Source of the DNA: Massalongia carnosa
Taxonomy: Eukaryota
Reading direction: 5' to 3'
Assembly: GCA_965645245.1 (NCBI GenBank)
Contig: OZ287084.1
Location: forward strand, 1,178,001 to 1,242,000
DNA: 64,000 bases
The notes beneath the pieces were generated by a model that was given only the letters and a program-made list of their open reading frames with translations, ran no database searches and had not been told where the DNA came from. The translations under genes and the position numbers were made by a program. Positions 49,667 to 61,737 of the stretch are shown piece after piece. Position 1 is the stretch's first letter. Each line of letters starts with the position of its first letter.

Positions 49667-50619
49667 GCACCGAGACGGTAAAGGTTGATGGTGTTCACGC
49701 GGATTATGTTAAGCCCAGCTAGGCAAAGTACTTTTTTCACAGGACAAGTCTCGTGATTCCAAATACCTTGAGCATCTAAGATCATGAAAGCTTTTGATGG
49801 ATCACACGGAGCGTTTATGTGGATGACCTTGATCTATCAAGGCCCAGGAGCACCCCATCATCTGGTTGCAGCGCATGTTTCACTGGATCAGAACGACCTT
49901 CGCCCACATGGTTTAATTTATGGAAATCGCAGGCCTTGAATCCTACAAATCTCAACCTTGAGACTTTTTAGATTATAAAGAGCTCGTACCTAAAGTATTC
50001 TGTAAACTTACGACCAACCTTTTTATGACTCCCACAGCAAATACATAGATAATCTTCCATCCCCTTATACGAGGCTATCCCCCCCATAAGTACTTTACAG
50101 ATTTTATATTGTTGCATATACCCACTGCCAAAACTGGGCGATCGATCCCAACCCAATCAATGATCTCCATCGCCTACCTCATCCATCCACTTTATATCTG
50201 ACCAGTGGTAGTTAACGCCAGCGTTGAGGTTTCTAGATCTTCCCCGCATCGAGCGGGTAAAAGGTTAACCAAAGGTGACCCTGAAGCAGGAAGACGAATG
50301 AAAAGTTAGGCCCCACGTGGGCCCCTACCTAGCCTTCCTCCTAACCATCAATTACTAAAGTTTCGCTCCTGCATCGGTCTAAGAGCGTCGGTGATAAACA
50401 AGAGCAATAATTGGTGGAAGATAACCTCAACGTCATCAGGCGCAAGCGAACAAATTGTGTACCTACAGTACTTGCCGCCGTACTGTCCTACTACTTTCAA
50501 CTCAACACAGCAATGGCACTGCACATTGGACAGCAGAGGTAAACCCCACCACTTCTCAAAGCATATATACTTCCACTTTAACCTCATTCCTGTTCCTTTC
50601 TCCGTTTTCTCGTTCTATC

Positions 50620-52671
50620 ATGTTAACTTCAATTTCCTTGCGTCGCCTTAAACTGTCTCTACAACCGAAATACTCACTGCTTCCGAGTAAGGCATTACGG
50701 AACAATAGCTACTGATAAGGATGTTGATGTCGACGTGCTAGCCAAGTCACCCGAAAGCCGCCCTACCTATTTCGACGATGTACTGGAAGATCCCGAGATA
50801 GAAGGACTTTCCTTGTATGAGAAAAAAGCTCTTATCGTGAATCGTGAGCTTGACTCTTATGGGATGGGGACATATCAAGTACGTTATTTTGGTCATAATC
50901 GCTTACTTGGTGTCGCTGACCATCTCGAGTGGTACATATTCTTCTTATCTGGCTTTGGTTACCTTCTGGACCTTCTGTTTGCCCACGCGTTTGCCCTGGT
51001 GGCTCCAGCATTGCAGCAAGAGCTGGGCTTTTCAAGTGCGCATCATCAATCGCCTCTTCAATTCTTCGGACTGACGTTTTTCCAGCCCCTGAGCTAGGGA
51101 ATATTTTTTCCGCACTTGGGGCAGGGTTATGTGCTGGGGTAATTTCTGATCAGATGGGCTTTCATTGCTCGCACTGCTGAGAAGTCCAAACAGGCCTTCG
51201 TCTGGGGTGCTCTGGTAGACATAATAGGTCAGGGCTCCAGCTTCCTTAGCTCATCCATGCATAAAGAATATCGTGCTTATCTCACTTCACAGGCCGCCGA
51301 TATGCTTTCAATCTAACCGTATTGATCGCTGCGATATTTGGGTTATGCCTTGCATGGCCTTCCAATTATAATGGTATACTTGTCTTGACCGCCCTCACCG
51401 GCTTTGGGGTTGGGGGGAATATTCCTATTGACACAACAATCTGCTTGGAGTTTCTGCCGCATGTAGGTGGCGAATCTCGACGATAACACCTGAAGCTAAT
51501 TCTAGGACCTTGAAGAACCGACGTTTCTTACTTGCGCTTCTATCAGTATTCCAACCCGTTGGCGTAGTCATATCTTCGGGCCTCGCCTATATGTTTATTC
51601 CAAAATATTCTTGTGGGAATGGTGCAGATGGTAATCTGCTACCAGCCTGCAACAAAGTCGCTTCGGGGCAGCCTTGCTGTACTAAAGCTAGCAATATGGG
51701 GTGGAGATACCTTCTTCTTACCACAGGCGGCATTGGTTTAACCGTGTTCGTTTTACGTTTTGGTGCCTTTCGCTTCCAAGAATCGCCCAAATTCCTTCTG
51801 TCTCGGGGACAGGATAAGAAGGTGGTTGAGGTTCTTCACAATATAGCGCGATTTAATAACCGCGAGAGTATGGTCACCTTGGAAATGTTCGCTGCATTGA
51901 CCAATGAGGATTCCTCGACTGGCTCGAGCGAAACTAGCTTCCTAGTAGAGGGTTTGGGGGCAAAGAAAGCGACCAGCTCTTTCGGTCGCAAGGTCAAGAT
52001 AGAGCTCGCAAGGTACAAAGTCTTGTTCTCTACACCGGCCATGGCTCGTCTAACGATATTGATCTGGATCACATATATTTTTGACTATTGGGGGTTTAGC
52101 ATCGCAGGTGAGATAAGCTTATGGGTTGTGTTTACCTCCCTTCTAATTCCAATTGGCTCCAGGGTCATTATTGCCCAGGATCTTGCTAGAAAAGAACAGC
52201 TTCATCCATATTTCATTGAAAGAATCTTACCGAAACTTCATCATCATCTACTCGTGTGGCATTCCAGGTGTTCTTTTGGGGGCTTTGATGTACGGGGCAC
52301 CCATTGTCGGCCGCAAATGGGCCATGGTCGGATCTTCCGCCATGATGGGTACTTCGCTGTTCTTTTTCGCCGCTGTTAACACCGAATTCTCCAACGTCGG
52401 GCTGAATTCGATGGAATACTTCTTTCAGAGCATGTTCAACGCCGTGTTGTATGGATGGACGCCAGAGGCATTTCCGGCGTCAATCCGCGGTACTGCGGCA
52501 GGCATTGCGAGCTCTTGGGGTCGTCTTTTCGCTATCATTTCCCCGTTGATCGGGGCACATTTGCTGTCAATCAGCTTGAATGCACCACTGTTTTTAGCCG
52601 GAGCGGGGGTGTTCGTTAGCACCATCGCCATTATGTTGATCCCAACAAGTAGTATGGGATCTCAAAAATAA
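50620..52671 (+). CDS. MFS transporter (SV2/sugar-porter-like)
   Basis: YEKKALIVNRELD, DIIGRRYAFNLT, GGNIPID, ESPKFL and WTPEAFPASIRGTA. Multi-exon; the start is uncertain. Confidence 0.88.
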
Positions 52672-53206
52672 CCAATCTACCATGATGGAAGCTATTGGGA
52701 TACCTAGTGCATAGGGGCAGCATAGTGACGATATCGGCGCATCATTGACAATGGGATACCAAAGTCTCGGTTTTGAACGGTTCGGTTTGCGTTTTTGCAT
52801 TTATAGAGCCACTATTATCTCCGTGTATAGATATTTGGTTTCAAAAGTCTTCTTCGCCTCATGGTCTTCGAACGCTGTGCTAGGCGGTTGGTAGGAAGTT
52901 ACTTAGTTTAAGATACCATAACCCTTCCGCCATCGATAGCCTCTGCATAGGTGCTTATGTACATTTACGATGTGATCTGCGACCGGCCTATTAGTTCGCC
53001 CGTGGCCTGCACACCTTGCTGGCTTTAGGGAGATTTGTGATCTACCAATACCAATGATCATCCCGTCTTCGATAATTGATGAATCAGCCGGTAGTTATCG
53101 CATGGCCCGTCTTGGTAAGGTTGGCTGTTGAGTTAGGATGAACAACTGCTATTACCCCAGCTTAAGATCCTTGGCTATTAGTATCCACGACTGGATTTGC
53201 GTGTAT

Positions 53207-55348
53207 CCCTTCGTCTAGCAATTTGGCAGCCATTTAGGTAATATTCAATTTTACACGCGCCGTCTCCGGGTAATGACTAATAACTTTAATCTGGCCAATC
53301 AGATTTTCCCTTTTCAACGATAGTGGGTACAACACCTCAATCACCCCTCATGATCTATGTAAAATTTCCCAACATGCCTCCTTTTTGCAACATGGTCCAC
53401 AGCTCTTACATTGCCATCTGGTCTGACTTGCACGTCGTCTTTTGGTGCAATTTTCATCAATTTCCGCAAGTGGTCGGCGTCGTTTGAGTCTTGGCACTTG
53501 CCTTTTGCAGGCCAAACAATAGTCCTTCTTATTCAAATGCTCCCATTTGCAAGTTGACTCGACGTCTTTATTAACGTCTTGATTAGTAGTAACTATGACA
53601 TCTGTCGGACGTTTCCGTAGGGCACCGGCTTGATTGGATAGTAAGGCATTTACTATTTCTTTTTGAAAGTCCAAATGGCTGAGTGTTGAATTCGGATACA
53701 GAATTCTCCACAATTTGAAGGCATTTAGAACGGCTGCATTCAGAAGAAAGATGAAAATTGACCACCAGTAGCGACGATCAGATCTTTGAGGTGAATAATA
53801 TGCTCTTTGCTGAGCATTCCCATCTGACCCGCCCATGTGCTGGTTATATTCCACGATGGGCATGGGAAATGGAAGCTTTGCTTCTTCATCATCAACGATG
53901 ACTCTGGAATTTGCAGGAATTCCATGACGTCGACGGGAATTCTTGTAGAAAGAAGTCTTCAAATCCTCAATTGTATGAACCGTGGTCATGAATTGCACGG
54001 TGTTTAAATCCACCCATGCCATACACAGAATGTCCCCGTCATCAATGTTTGATTTTTTACTTTTATTTGCAGGTACCGTCATCAATGCCTTCTTTCCCCA
54101 GTCCTTATTCTTGGTGGCTGCAACCCTCAGACGTAGAAGATCAACAGGAAAACCGCATCCTGATTTAGCCGTCCCACAGGCACCAATTCCAATGGTTTTC
54201 AGAGCTTTGAATAGCTTCGTATTTGTGAAGAAGTTGTCCAGAAAGATGACGTATTTCAAGCCTTCATCAGACGGTAAACTTCGAGCCAGTTGAATGACGA
54301 CTAGGGAGGAAGGAGACAAATCCCATTTGGTTGTCGGAAATTTCAATTGTCCAGGCGTTTTTAACTCACTAATTTTGGACACCTGTCTTGCAATTAGTAC
54401 GATGCAAATTGAGGCCTTTTCTACTCACCTTGGAGGTAAATAAGAAGTCAAAAAGATAATTTTCCTGACATAAACTATAGATTTTGAAGCCTACACCAGC
54501 CGCCTTGGTGGCTATTTGCATAGTATGGCAGCTCCTACCCCTGAATAAAATCAATTGCTCGTCAACTGACACATGACTTCCAGGAACCCAGTATTTCTTT
54601 GATGCTTTTCGAAAGTCTGTGGCCAATGGTTCCAGCTTTTTCCACTAATCAGGGCCTCGAGTATCAATGATCTCATCTTCGTCGGGGTTGGATATCTTCA
54701 AAAATCGCTTGAGTTGCTCCCATCTTCGAAGACTCATGGCTTGAATCACCATGTCATGTATGGCAAATTTAGGAGACGTGTTCCAATAGTCAGTAAGACG
54801 TGGCATCAGTGTATACCCCATATATAACAGAATTCCCAGAAAAGCTCCTACTTCAGAAGAAGAGGTGTCATGCCATTGACGTCTCTTGATGTCGTTTAGG
54901 GCATACTTCTTTTTCGCTTTAAGATTGGTGTTTTTAGCTATGATTTCAAGCATTTCAAAGCTAAAGAAGAGGCAGAATAAACTGAAAGGAGTCTGATTTA
55001 TCAAGCGCAACGTCTCGTCCGGCTGTGGTTTTCGAAATGGGATCGAAATTGGACAATAATTTGATGACGGAGGGGGCATGGAGTCAATTATGCTTTGTAC
55101 GATGGGTTTATTCTTTTTGGCCTGTTCTTTCAGAATTGAGGGGGGCAAAGCGTCTGATTGGTCAGGAACTTCTATCTCAATGCCTCTCATGATTATTCTA
55201 AAGAAATTGTAGATGTTTTAATGATTTTCAACTGATGTTTACCTTCTTATTTACAAAAAAAGGGGAGAATGTTTTGAAGTTCGCGACTCAGCCCTACGGT
55301 ATCTCACTAAGCCTATTTAAGGTGGCTGCCAAATTGCCAGACGAAGGG
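53207..55348 (-). mobile_element. piggyBac-like DNA transposon with non-TTAA flanks
   Basis: 26-bp TIRs CCCTTCGTCT(A/G)GCAATTTGGCAGCCA at 53207-53232 and 55323-55348. Flanks are GTAT and ATAG. A transposase lies inside. Confidence 0.92.
53348..55190 (-). pseudogene. piggyBac transposase (~598 codons) with one intron and one premature stop
   Basis: Motifs SVDEQL, FLDNFFT and YNQHMGGSD, plus a C-terminal Cys-rich domain. Intron 54383-54428 (GTGAGT...CTAAT...CAG). In-frame TAG at 54645-54647. Confidence 0.88.
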
Positions 55349-55908
55349 ATAGGATCCCTATGGAGGTATGACGACGGGAATGACGAAAATGACGAGCGAC
55401 AGGTTTAGCGCCAAATAAGCGTAACTATCTCGCGAATCAAGATCCAAACTTCGAATACAGAGTCCTAATCGATGAGATAGATTTGAGCGCTGTGTCGTTT
55501 CCTCGGGTTCGAGTTGCACACAAACGTAGTCATGGCTATCTCTCAGCACGCAACCAAAGGCCCGTTCATAGTTGCTTCTACCTTTCCGTCCCTCGTATTG
55601 TCCTTTAACGCCTTAGCTTCTACGTCCACCAGGATACCTAAAGCTTATCGGATTCTTATAATATATATCTAGGTATAGATTATTATATCCTATAGTTTAA
55701 GCTCAAAGCTTCGGCCTATCCTTAGATTTCCATTTTTTTACGATCTTTTAGCTCCAGCTTGAGTGACACAACGGCGTAAGAATAATCAAATCAAATCAAA
55801 TCTCCAGCTTGAGAAAGACTTACTCAACCATTTTGTGTCCGTAGTAAATGGTGCAAGGAGAAAAGGGCGCCAACTCACCTTACCTATACGGGGCGTTCGA
55901 AGAATAGG

Positions 55909-57770
55909 ATGGTGTTTGGAAGGAAATCTCGCCGGGCCAACGTCAATACTCGTGATATCTCCGCCGGCGATGCCTTCAACCCTGAAGGAGTACATGGCTC
56001 GGGATATGATGCAGAAAATGCAGGGGGAAAGGGCAAAAGACTGAATAGGGTTGCCGATCCAGTCGTACTGGGTGACTCGGATGTCGACTCTGCCCATATT
56101 GTAACAAAGCAGCTGGAACTCGAGGCATCCAACTCAATCAAGTACCGGACATGCTCCTGGGAAAAGGTAAATTGAACATTCGTTGCAGAGCCTCGAGGTT
56201 GGGTCATCACATGCGAAACCAGAGGCTATAGTTCTAAAAGCTGTGTTTTCGGCGAAGCTTTCTTGCCTGAGAGAGAGTAGACATTCCTAAAATATGTCAG
56301 ATGCATTCTGACAAGCTCAATTAGACCGCCGCCCTTCTCTTCTCTGAGTACATCTGCTTGGCAATCATGTCATTTCCATATTCGTACTCGGTACTGGGCC
56401 TGGTTCCTGGTCTGATCGTGACTGTGGTCGTTGCGGCCTCTCTTTTGTATACGTCCCTAATCCTTTGGTGTGTCCATTCGATGGCTCATTGTGAACCCCT
56501 TTTTGACAATGGGTAGGGAGTTCTGCTTACGCTATCCCGAGGTTCGAGACGTCTGCGACCTTGGCCAGATGCTCTATTTCAATTGGAAGTGGGCCTGGTA
56601 TGTCACAGCAATCATGTTTTTGTTGAACAATACGTTTATTCAGGCAAGTCAATCGGTTCAATATGGAAGAGCGCAGCTCACAGGTTCAGGGTCTGCATGT
56701 CCTGATTGGAGCAAAGTATTTGAACACGATAACCAACGGCAGATTATGCACGGTTGGATTTTCTGCGATCGTGGCAGTCATCTCGTTCCTGTGCTCTTTA
56801 CCAAGGACATTCAGCAGTCTCTCGAAGCTCGCGACTTTCTCCGCTGTCTTTACATTCGTTTCTGTTGTCTTGGCTGCCATCTTTGCGGGCATCGAAGATC
56901 ATCCGGCAGGCTACACTTTAGACCCCACCGCAAAAGTTCATGGAGAGCCGGTCGTTCTCGCTGTCGCCGCCGCGGGCACTACCTTCGTGAGCGGCATGAA
57001 TGCGTTCCTAAATATCTCTTGTACGTTCATCGGCCAAATTACCCTACCAAGTTTCATCGCTGAAATGAGGAATCCGAAAGATTTCCCCAAGGCTCTCTGG
57101 GCCGTGACCATAGCTGAAGTCATCGTCTTTAGTTTGATCGGTGCCATTGTGTATGCGTACACTGGGACACAATATAACACGGCTCCTGCTTTTGGCTCGC
57201 TGGGAAATGAGCTTTATAAAAAGATTTCGTTCTCCTTCATGATCCCTACTTTGATATTTCTTGGGGTTCTGTACGCTTCGGTTTCCGCGCGATTCATATT
57301 CTTCCGGATCTTCGAGGGAACCCGTCATAAAGGGAGCCACACCATCGTGGGCTGGGCATCGTGGGCTGGCATCCTAGCCGTTACTTGGATTGTGGCTTTC
57401 ATCATTGCTGAAGTGATTCCTTTTTTCTCCGATTTGCTCTCGTTGATGAGTTCCCTGTTCGACTCGTTCTTTGGGTTTATCTTCTGGGGTACGGCATATA
57501 TGAGAATGCGTCGAGCAGACCACGGACCAGGTTGGATACAACGACGGGGTCTCCGTGGACTCTTGGGTTTCGTAATGAATGTTATCATTATTCTGATTGG
57601 TATGTCAGGTGGGATTTACGTCAAGCTCAGAGCACTTTACTAACTCTGTTATACGGACAGGAATTTTCATGCTTACGGGAGGCACCTACGCTACAGTGCA
57701 GAGCATCATTGACAACTACAAGGCGGGCGGCGTTGGAGGCGTGTTTTCCTGCAAGAGCAATGCGTTATGA
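55909..57770 (+). CDS. Neutral amino-acid permease (Mtr/Aa_trans family)
   Basis: IKYRTCSWEKTAALLFSEYICLA and FIAEMRNPKDFPKAL; multiple TM helices and several introns. Confidence 0.9.
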
Positions 57771-58251
57771 TCCGGATCGTGTTATATTAAGCATCATACC
57801 AGCGCATACATCATTTTTTTCAACTGTATATAATAAGCAGCGATCTAATCATTGCTGATTTGTTTCACCCATCTTCCAGGCACAGCCAAGAAGAAAGGAT
57901 CAAGGCCCTCACCTCAAACTGATACCGAGAGTCGAAACAAAATGCCGCGCTGAGTCCAAGTCAGCTTTACGTACGAGGCACTCGGGTAGGAGACAGGCAG
58001 TGAGATAGACGGGTAGATAAACGAGTAGGTGCAGAGCAACGAGATTATCCGTAGGTTGTACTCTTTCCCTACCGTAGACTAAATCCCTTGCCGCCGAACG
58101 TCGCTTCTGTACATGTACAATGACGGCGTTTCTAACTAGACGCCCTAAAAACACACAACTACAGGACCCATAAGAAGTTCCCCGCGAACTGTTTTCTGGC
58201 GTTGCGGATGCACCCAACATCGTGAAGACAAGCCAAACCCGCCATTGAGCC

Positions 58252-59760
58252 ATGAAGAGAACGAGAGAATTGGCGAAAATCGTCAGAAGAGACTGTGGGA
58301 ATACTTCCCAATCCGCAAGAAACCACCCACTTGCTTGTGGGTTCCGAAATGTTTCCACATTCAATCACTTCGTTTTCAACCCGCAGAGTATCCAGAAACC
58401 CGTTTGTCTAGATGCTCTTCGCAAACCGGCGCCCGCCAGTGTCATTATTCAGCGTCGCAACTTCTCCGACAACTCAAGCCCAGGCGGCCTTCACCATACC
58501 GATCTCTATGACCTCCATGTTTCCAAAGGTGGCAAGATGGTGCCCTTTGCCAACTACTCGATGCCAGTTCAATACTCGGATCTGAGTGTCGGGGAAAGCC
58601 ATAAATGGACCAGAGAAAAGGCGAGTCTGTTCGATGTAGGACACATGTATGCCCTATATTCCCTCAACCATCCATGCCTAAAAGGACCGCCAGTTAAATC
58701 GTAATTGCTCAGGGTTCAACATCACATCTCCGGCCCCGGTGCCACTGCTCTACTAGAGACAATCACCCCATCCTCCATCAGCGCTCTTCTGCCCTTTCAC
58801 TCCACGCTTTCCTGCCTTCTGCACCCCATCACCGGCGGAATCGTCGACGACACAGTAATCACCCGGATCGGACCGGAAGCGTTCTATGTTGTCACTAATG
58901 CTGCGTGTCGGGAGAAAGACTCTAAATACCTCGCTGAAGAAATTGCAGCCCAAAGAGGAAAGGGTAATGTGGCTTGGGAGGTTTTGGAGAATTGGGGCTT
59001 AATTGCCCTTCAAGGGCCGCTGAGCGCAGATCTCCTGGATACGGCTCTTGGCCGCCAAGAGCAAATCGATTTGAAAAGCCTCTATTTCGGCCAATGCAAG
59101 AAGGTCTCAATCTCCCTGTCAGAAGGTACCGCCCTCGTTGACCTCCTCATCAGCAGAGGAGGCTACACCGGCGAAGATGGCTTTGAGATTTCCGTCCCAC
59201 CGGGCCATGTTCAAAAGATAACCGAGCATCTCCTGCAATGCGCTGGCGCCGATCGGCTACGGCTGGCAGGGCTGGGGGCGAGGGACAGTTTGCGGCTGGA
59301 AGCAGGCATGTGTCTCTACGGACACGACCTGGACGAGACTACCACGCCTGTCGAGGCGGGATTAAGCTGGGTCGTGCACCAAAACCGCCGCACCGCCGGC
59401 GGCTTCCACGGCGACAAGGTCATTCTGCAACAATTGCTGCCGGCTAAAGAAGGGGGCGGGCCGCGGCGGCGGCGGGTGGGACTTGTGGTGGAAGGCGCAC
59501 CAGCGCGGGAAGGGGCCGAGATTATCGTGGCGGATAGGACGCAGCAGGGAGAGGCCGGGGGAGCGCAAGTGGTTGGGAAGGTGACGAGCGGGTGCCCGAG
59601 CCCGACGACGGGAAAGAACATCGCGATGGCCTACGTGGCGAGCGGGCACCACAAGGCGGGCACGGAGCTGGAGGTGCTGGTGCGCGGCAAGAGGCGGAAG
59701 TCGATGGTGGTGAAGATGCCATTTGTACCGAGTCGGTATTATAAGCCAGCGATGGGGTAA
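58252..59760 (+). CDS. GCV1: Glycine cleavage system T protein (aminomethyltransferase), mitochondrial
   Basis: [46 protein letters not shown] and [10 protein letters not shown]. Confidence 0.96.
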
Positions 59761-60173
59761 ACATTGGAAGGGAGTTTTCTTTTGGGGAGGATGTTGGGGG
59801 CGGGTGCTTGAAAAGGAGCACGGGGAGGGGGGGCGTTTTGCTTGGTTTATGGGATATCCGGGAGATTTTTGGTGGCATATAAAAAGAAGTCGTTCGTTCT
59901 TGGAAAATCCTCCACCCATCCATCCATCCAAGCAAGAGCACGTATTCCAGCACTGGATGTGTTCTGGAATGAGATACCTATAAATAGAGCAACACTAGTA
60001 GCAATCGATCAATCTTTATAAGTCTCTATAAGTCTATAGGTACATATGTAGTTGTAGTTGGTTAGTTACCCTTTCTTTCCTCCTCCCCCCCGGAGCTGAC
60101 CCAATAAACCTGCAGCTGTCCCATAGAAAGAAAAGAAACCATCCCCCCTCCCTCCCCTTGGGGACGGGAAATG

Positions 60174-61266
60174 TCACGCTTGCACCGTTAGCAGCTTCGG
60201 CATTGCCTGCATTGCAACACGTTAGCGGTTACTTAGCTTTTACCATAAACTTCACGCTTCCCCCCCCCTCTTTCTTTCCCCCCTAATAAAAAAAGAAGAA
60301 GAAGGAAAGAAGAAAACATACCTTTGCGTACTTCGGCTCGACGAAAAGCCCTTCACCTTCCACCAGCACCTTCCCCGGTTCCAGCCCGTCCCCCAACACC
60401 TCCATCCGCGCCTCCACCCATACTTTCCTCCCCTCCACCTTGACCACCTCGGCCCTCAGCACCACGTATCCCGGCGCCGGCGCGGGCGCGCGGTAGTTGA
60501 CCGTCAGCCGCGCCGTGACGCCGATCTGACTCGGCAGCGCCGCGAAGCAGCACCGCGCCATGCCCTCGTCCAGCAGCGTGGCCAGCAGGCCGCCGTGCAC
60601 GATGCCCGCGTGCCCGCACAGGTCGGGGCCCAGGTACGAGATCGACACGAGCTTCTTGCCCTCCTCCACGAACGCGAGCGGCGGCACGGGGATCCGCCCC
60701 GGCCCCAGGAGCGTGCCGGCCGTGAGGCTGCGCTTGCGGTGCGCTTCAGGCAGGCGCAGGTGCGGGCGCGACTCGTGGTAGGCTGGGTTGGCGCGCAGGC
60801 TCTGCGCGAGCGGGTGGTTGAGCATGGCCAAGTTGATTTCCGCGGCGAAGGCATCCGGCGCTTGGTAGAGGGAGAGCGTTTCGGCGTCGCTGGGCGCCGA
60901 CATGAGGGCGATTACGTTGGCGATGGCCGGAGAAGCGGCGATGAGGAAGCCGGCCGAGGTGAAGAAGATGGCGAGACCGGAAAATCTAAGGATGCGGCGG
61001 AGGGGGGAGTGGCGGGGGAGTGGTTGGTCGGGGGCTGAAGGAGGTGCGGATTGGGTCAGTAGGAGTTATGGGATGTGTAAGGGGGGTTCAATGCGGGATG
61101 CCGCACCGGACGTTGAGCTGTAGAATCGGCTGCGCAAGGGATGGCTAGGTGAAGAGCAAAAAGCTGATATTGCAGGGCGTGGAGGCCTTCTTAAAGGGGA
61201 GGAATTCTTCGGATATGCACAGGGACGGGACACCGAGGAGGCAGCAAGGCGCCGGAGAGAAAACAT
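60174..61266 (-). CDS. Mitochondrial PaaI/hotdog-fold thioesterase (Fmp10-like)
   Basis: LCGHAGIVHGGLLATLLDE and an Arg/Ser-rich presequence. A 72-nt intron at 61035-61106 removes an in-frame stop; short last exon. Confidence 0.88.
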
Positions 61267-61737
61267 TGGGAATGACGGGCAAGAAATTGTTGGGAAAGAA
61301 TCCGGGCTGCTCCTGGCAATCCCGTGACTATCGGGTGTGGGCTAGCTGGTGGTTGGTGAGCTGGTATGAAATAGAGATGAAAATAGAAAAGATTTCAGCG
61401 CGACGGCATGCGGGCGTCGTTTTACCTCGGTTCGGACTTAACATGTTTTGATGTGGATTTAACATTAGTCAGACGTTTAAGCGATGATGTGAGAGGAGAG
61501 AAAAGGGGAAAAGGAGAAGAGACCCAACCCGAGCATGAACACGACTCCTGTTCATGGATATCAAGCATAAATGCAATATCAACTCGAGAACTTATGGGCG
61601 GCTCAGTTGTGCTCCCAAGTTTGAACGCTCTCAGCGGTTTTGTTGGGGAAAGTAACCCGCATTGGATATGGAAACAGCTAAACTGCGAAAATGCTAACCC
61701 AACGGCACTCTTCAGGCCAAACCGTTGGACTATCAAA

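Noticed and set aside
61066..61068. In-frame TAA in the thioesterase gene suggesting readthrough or a pseudogene
   Set aside because: It lies inside a frame-preserving 72-nt intron (61035-61106) with a CTGAC branch site.
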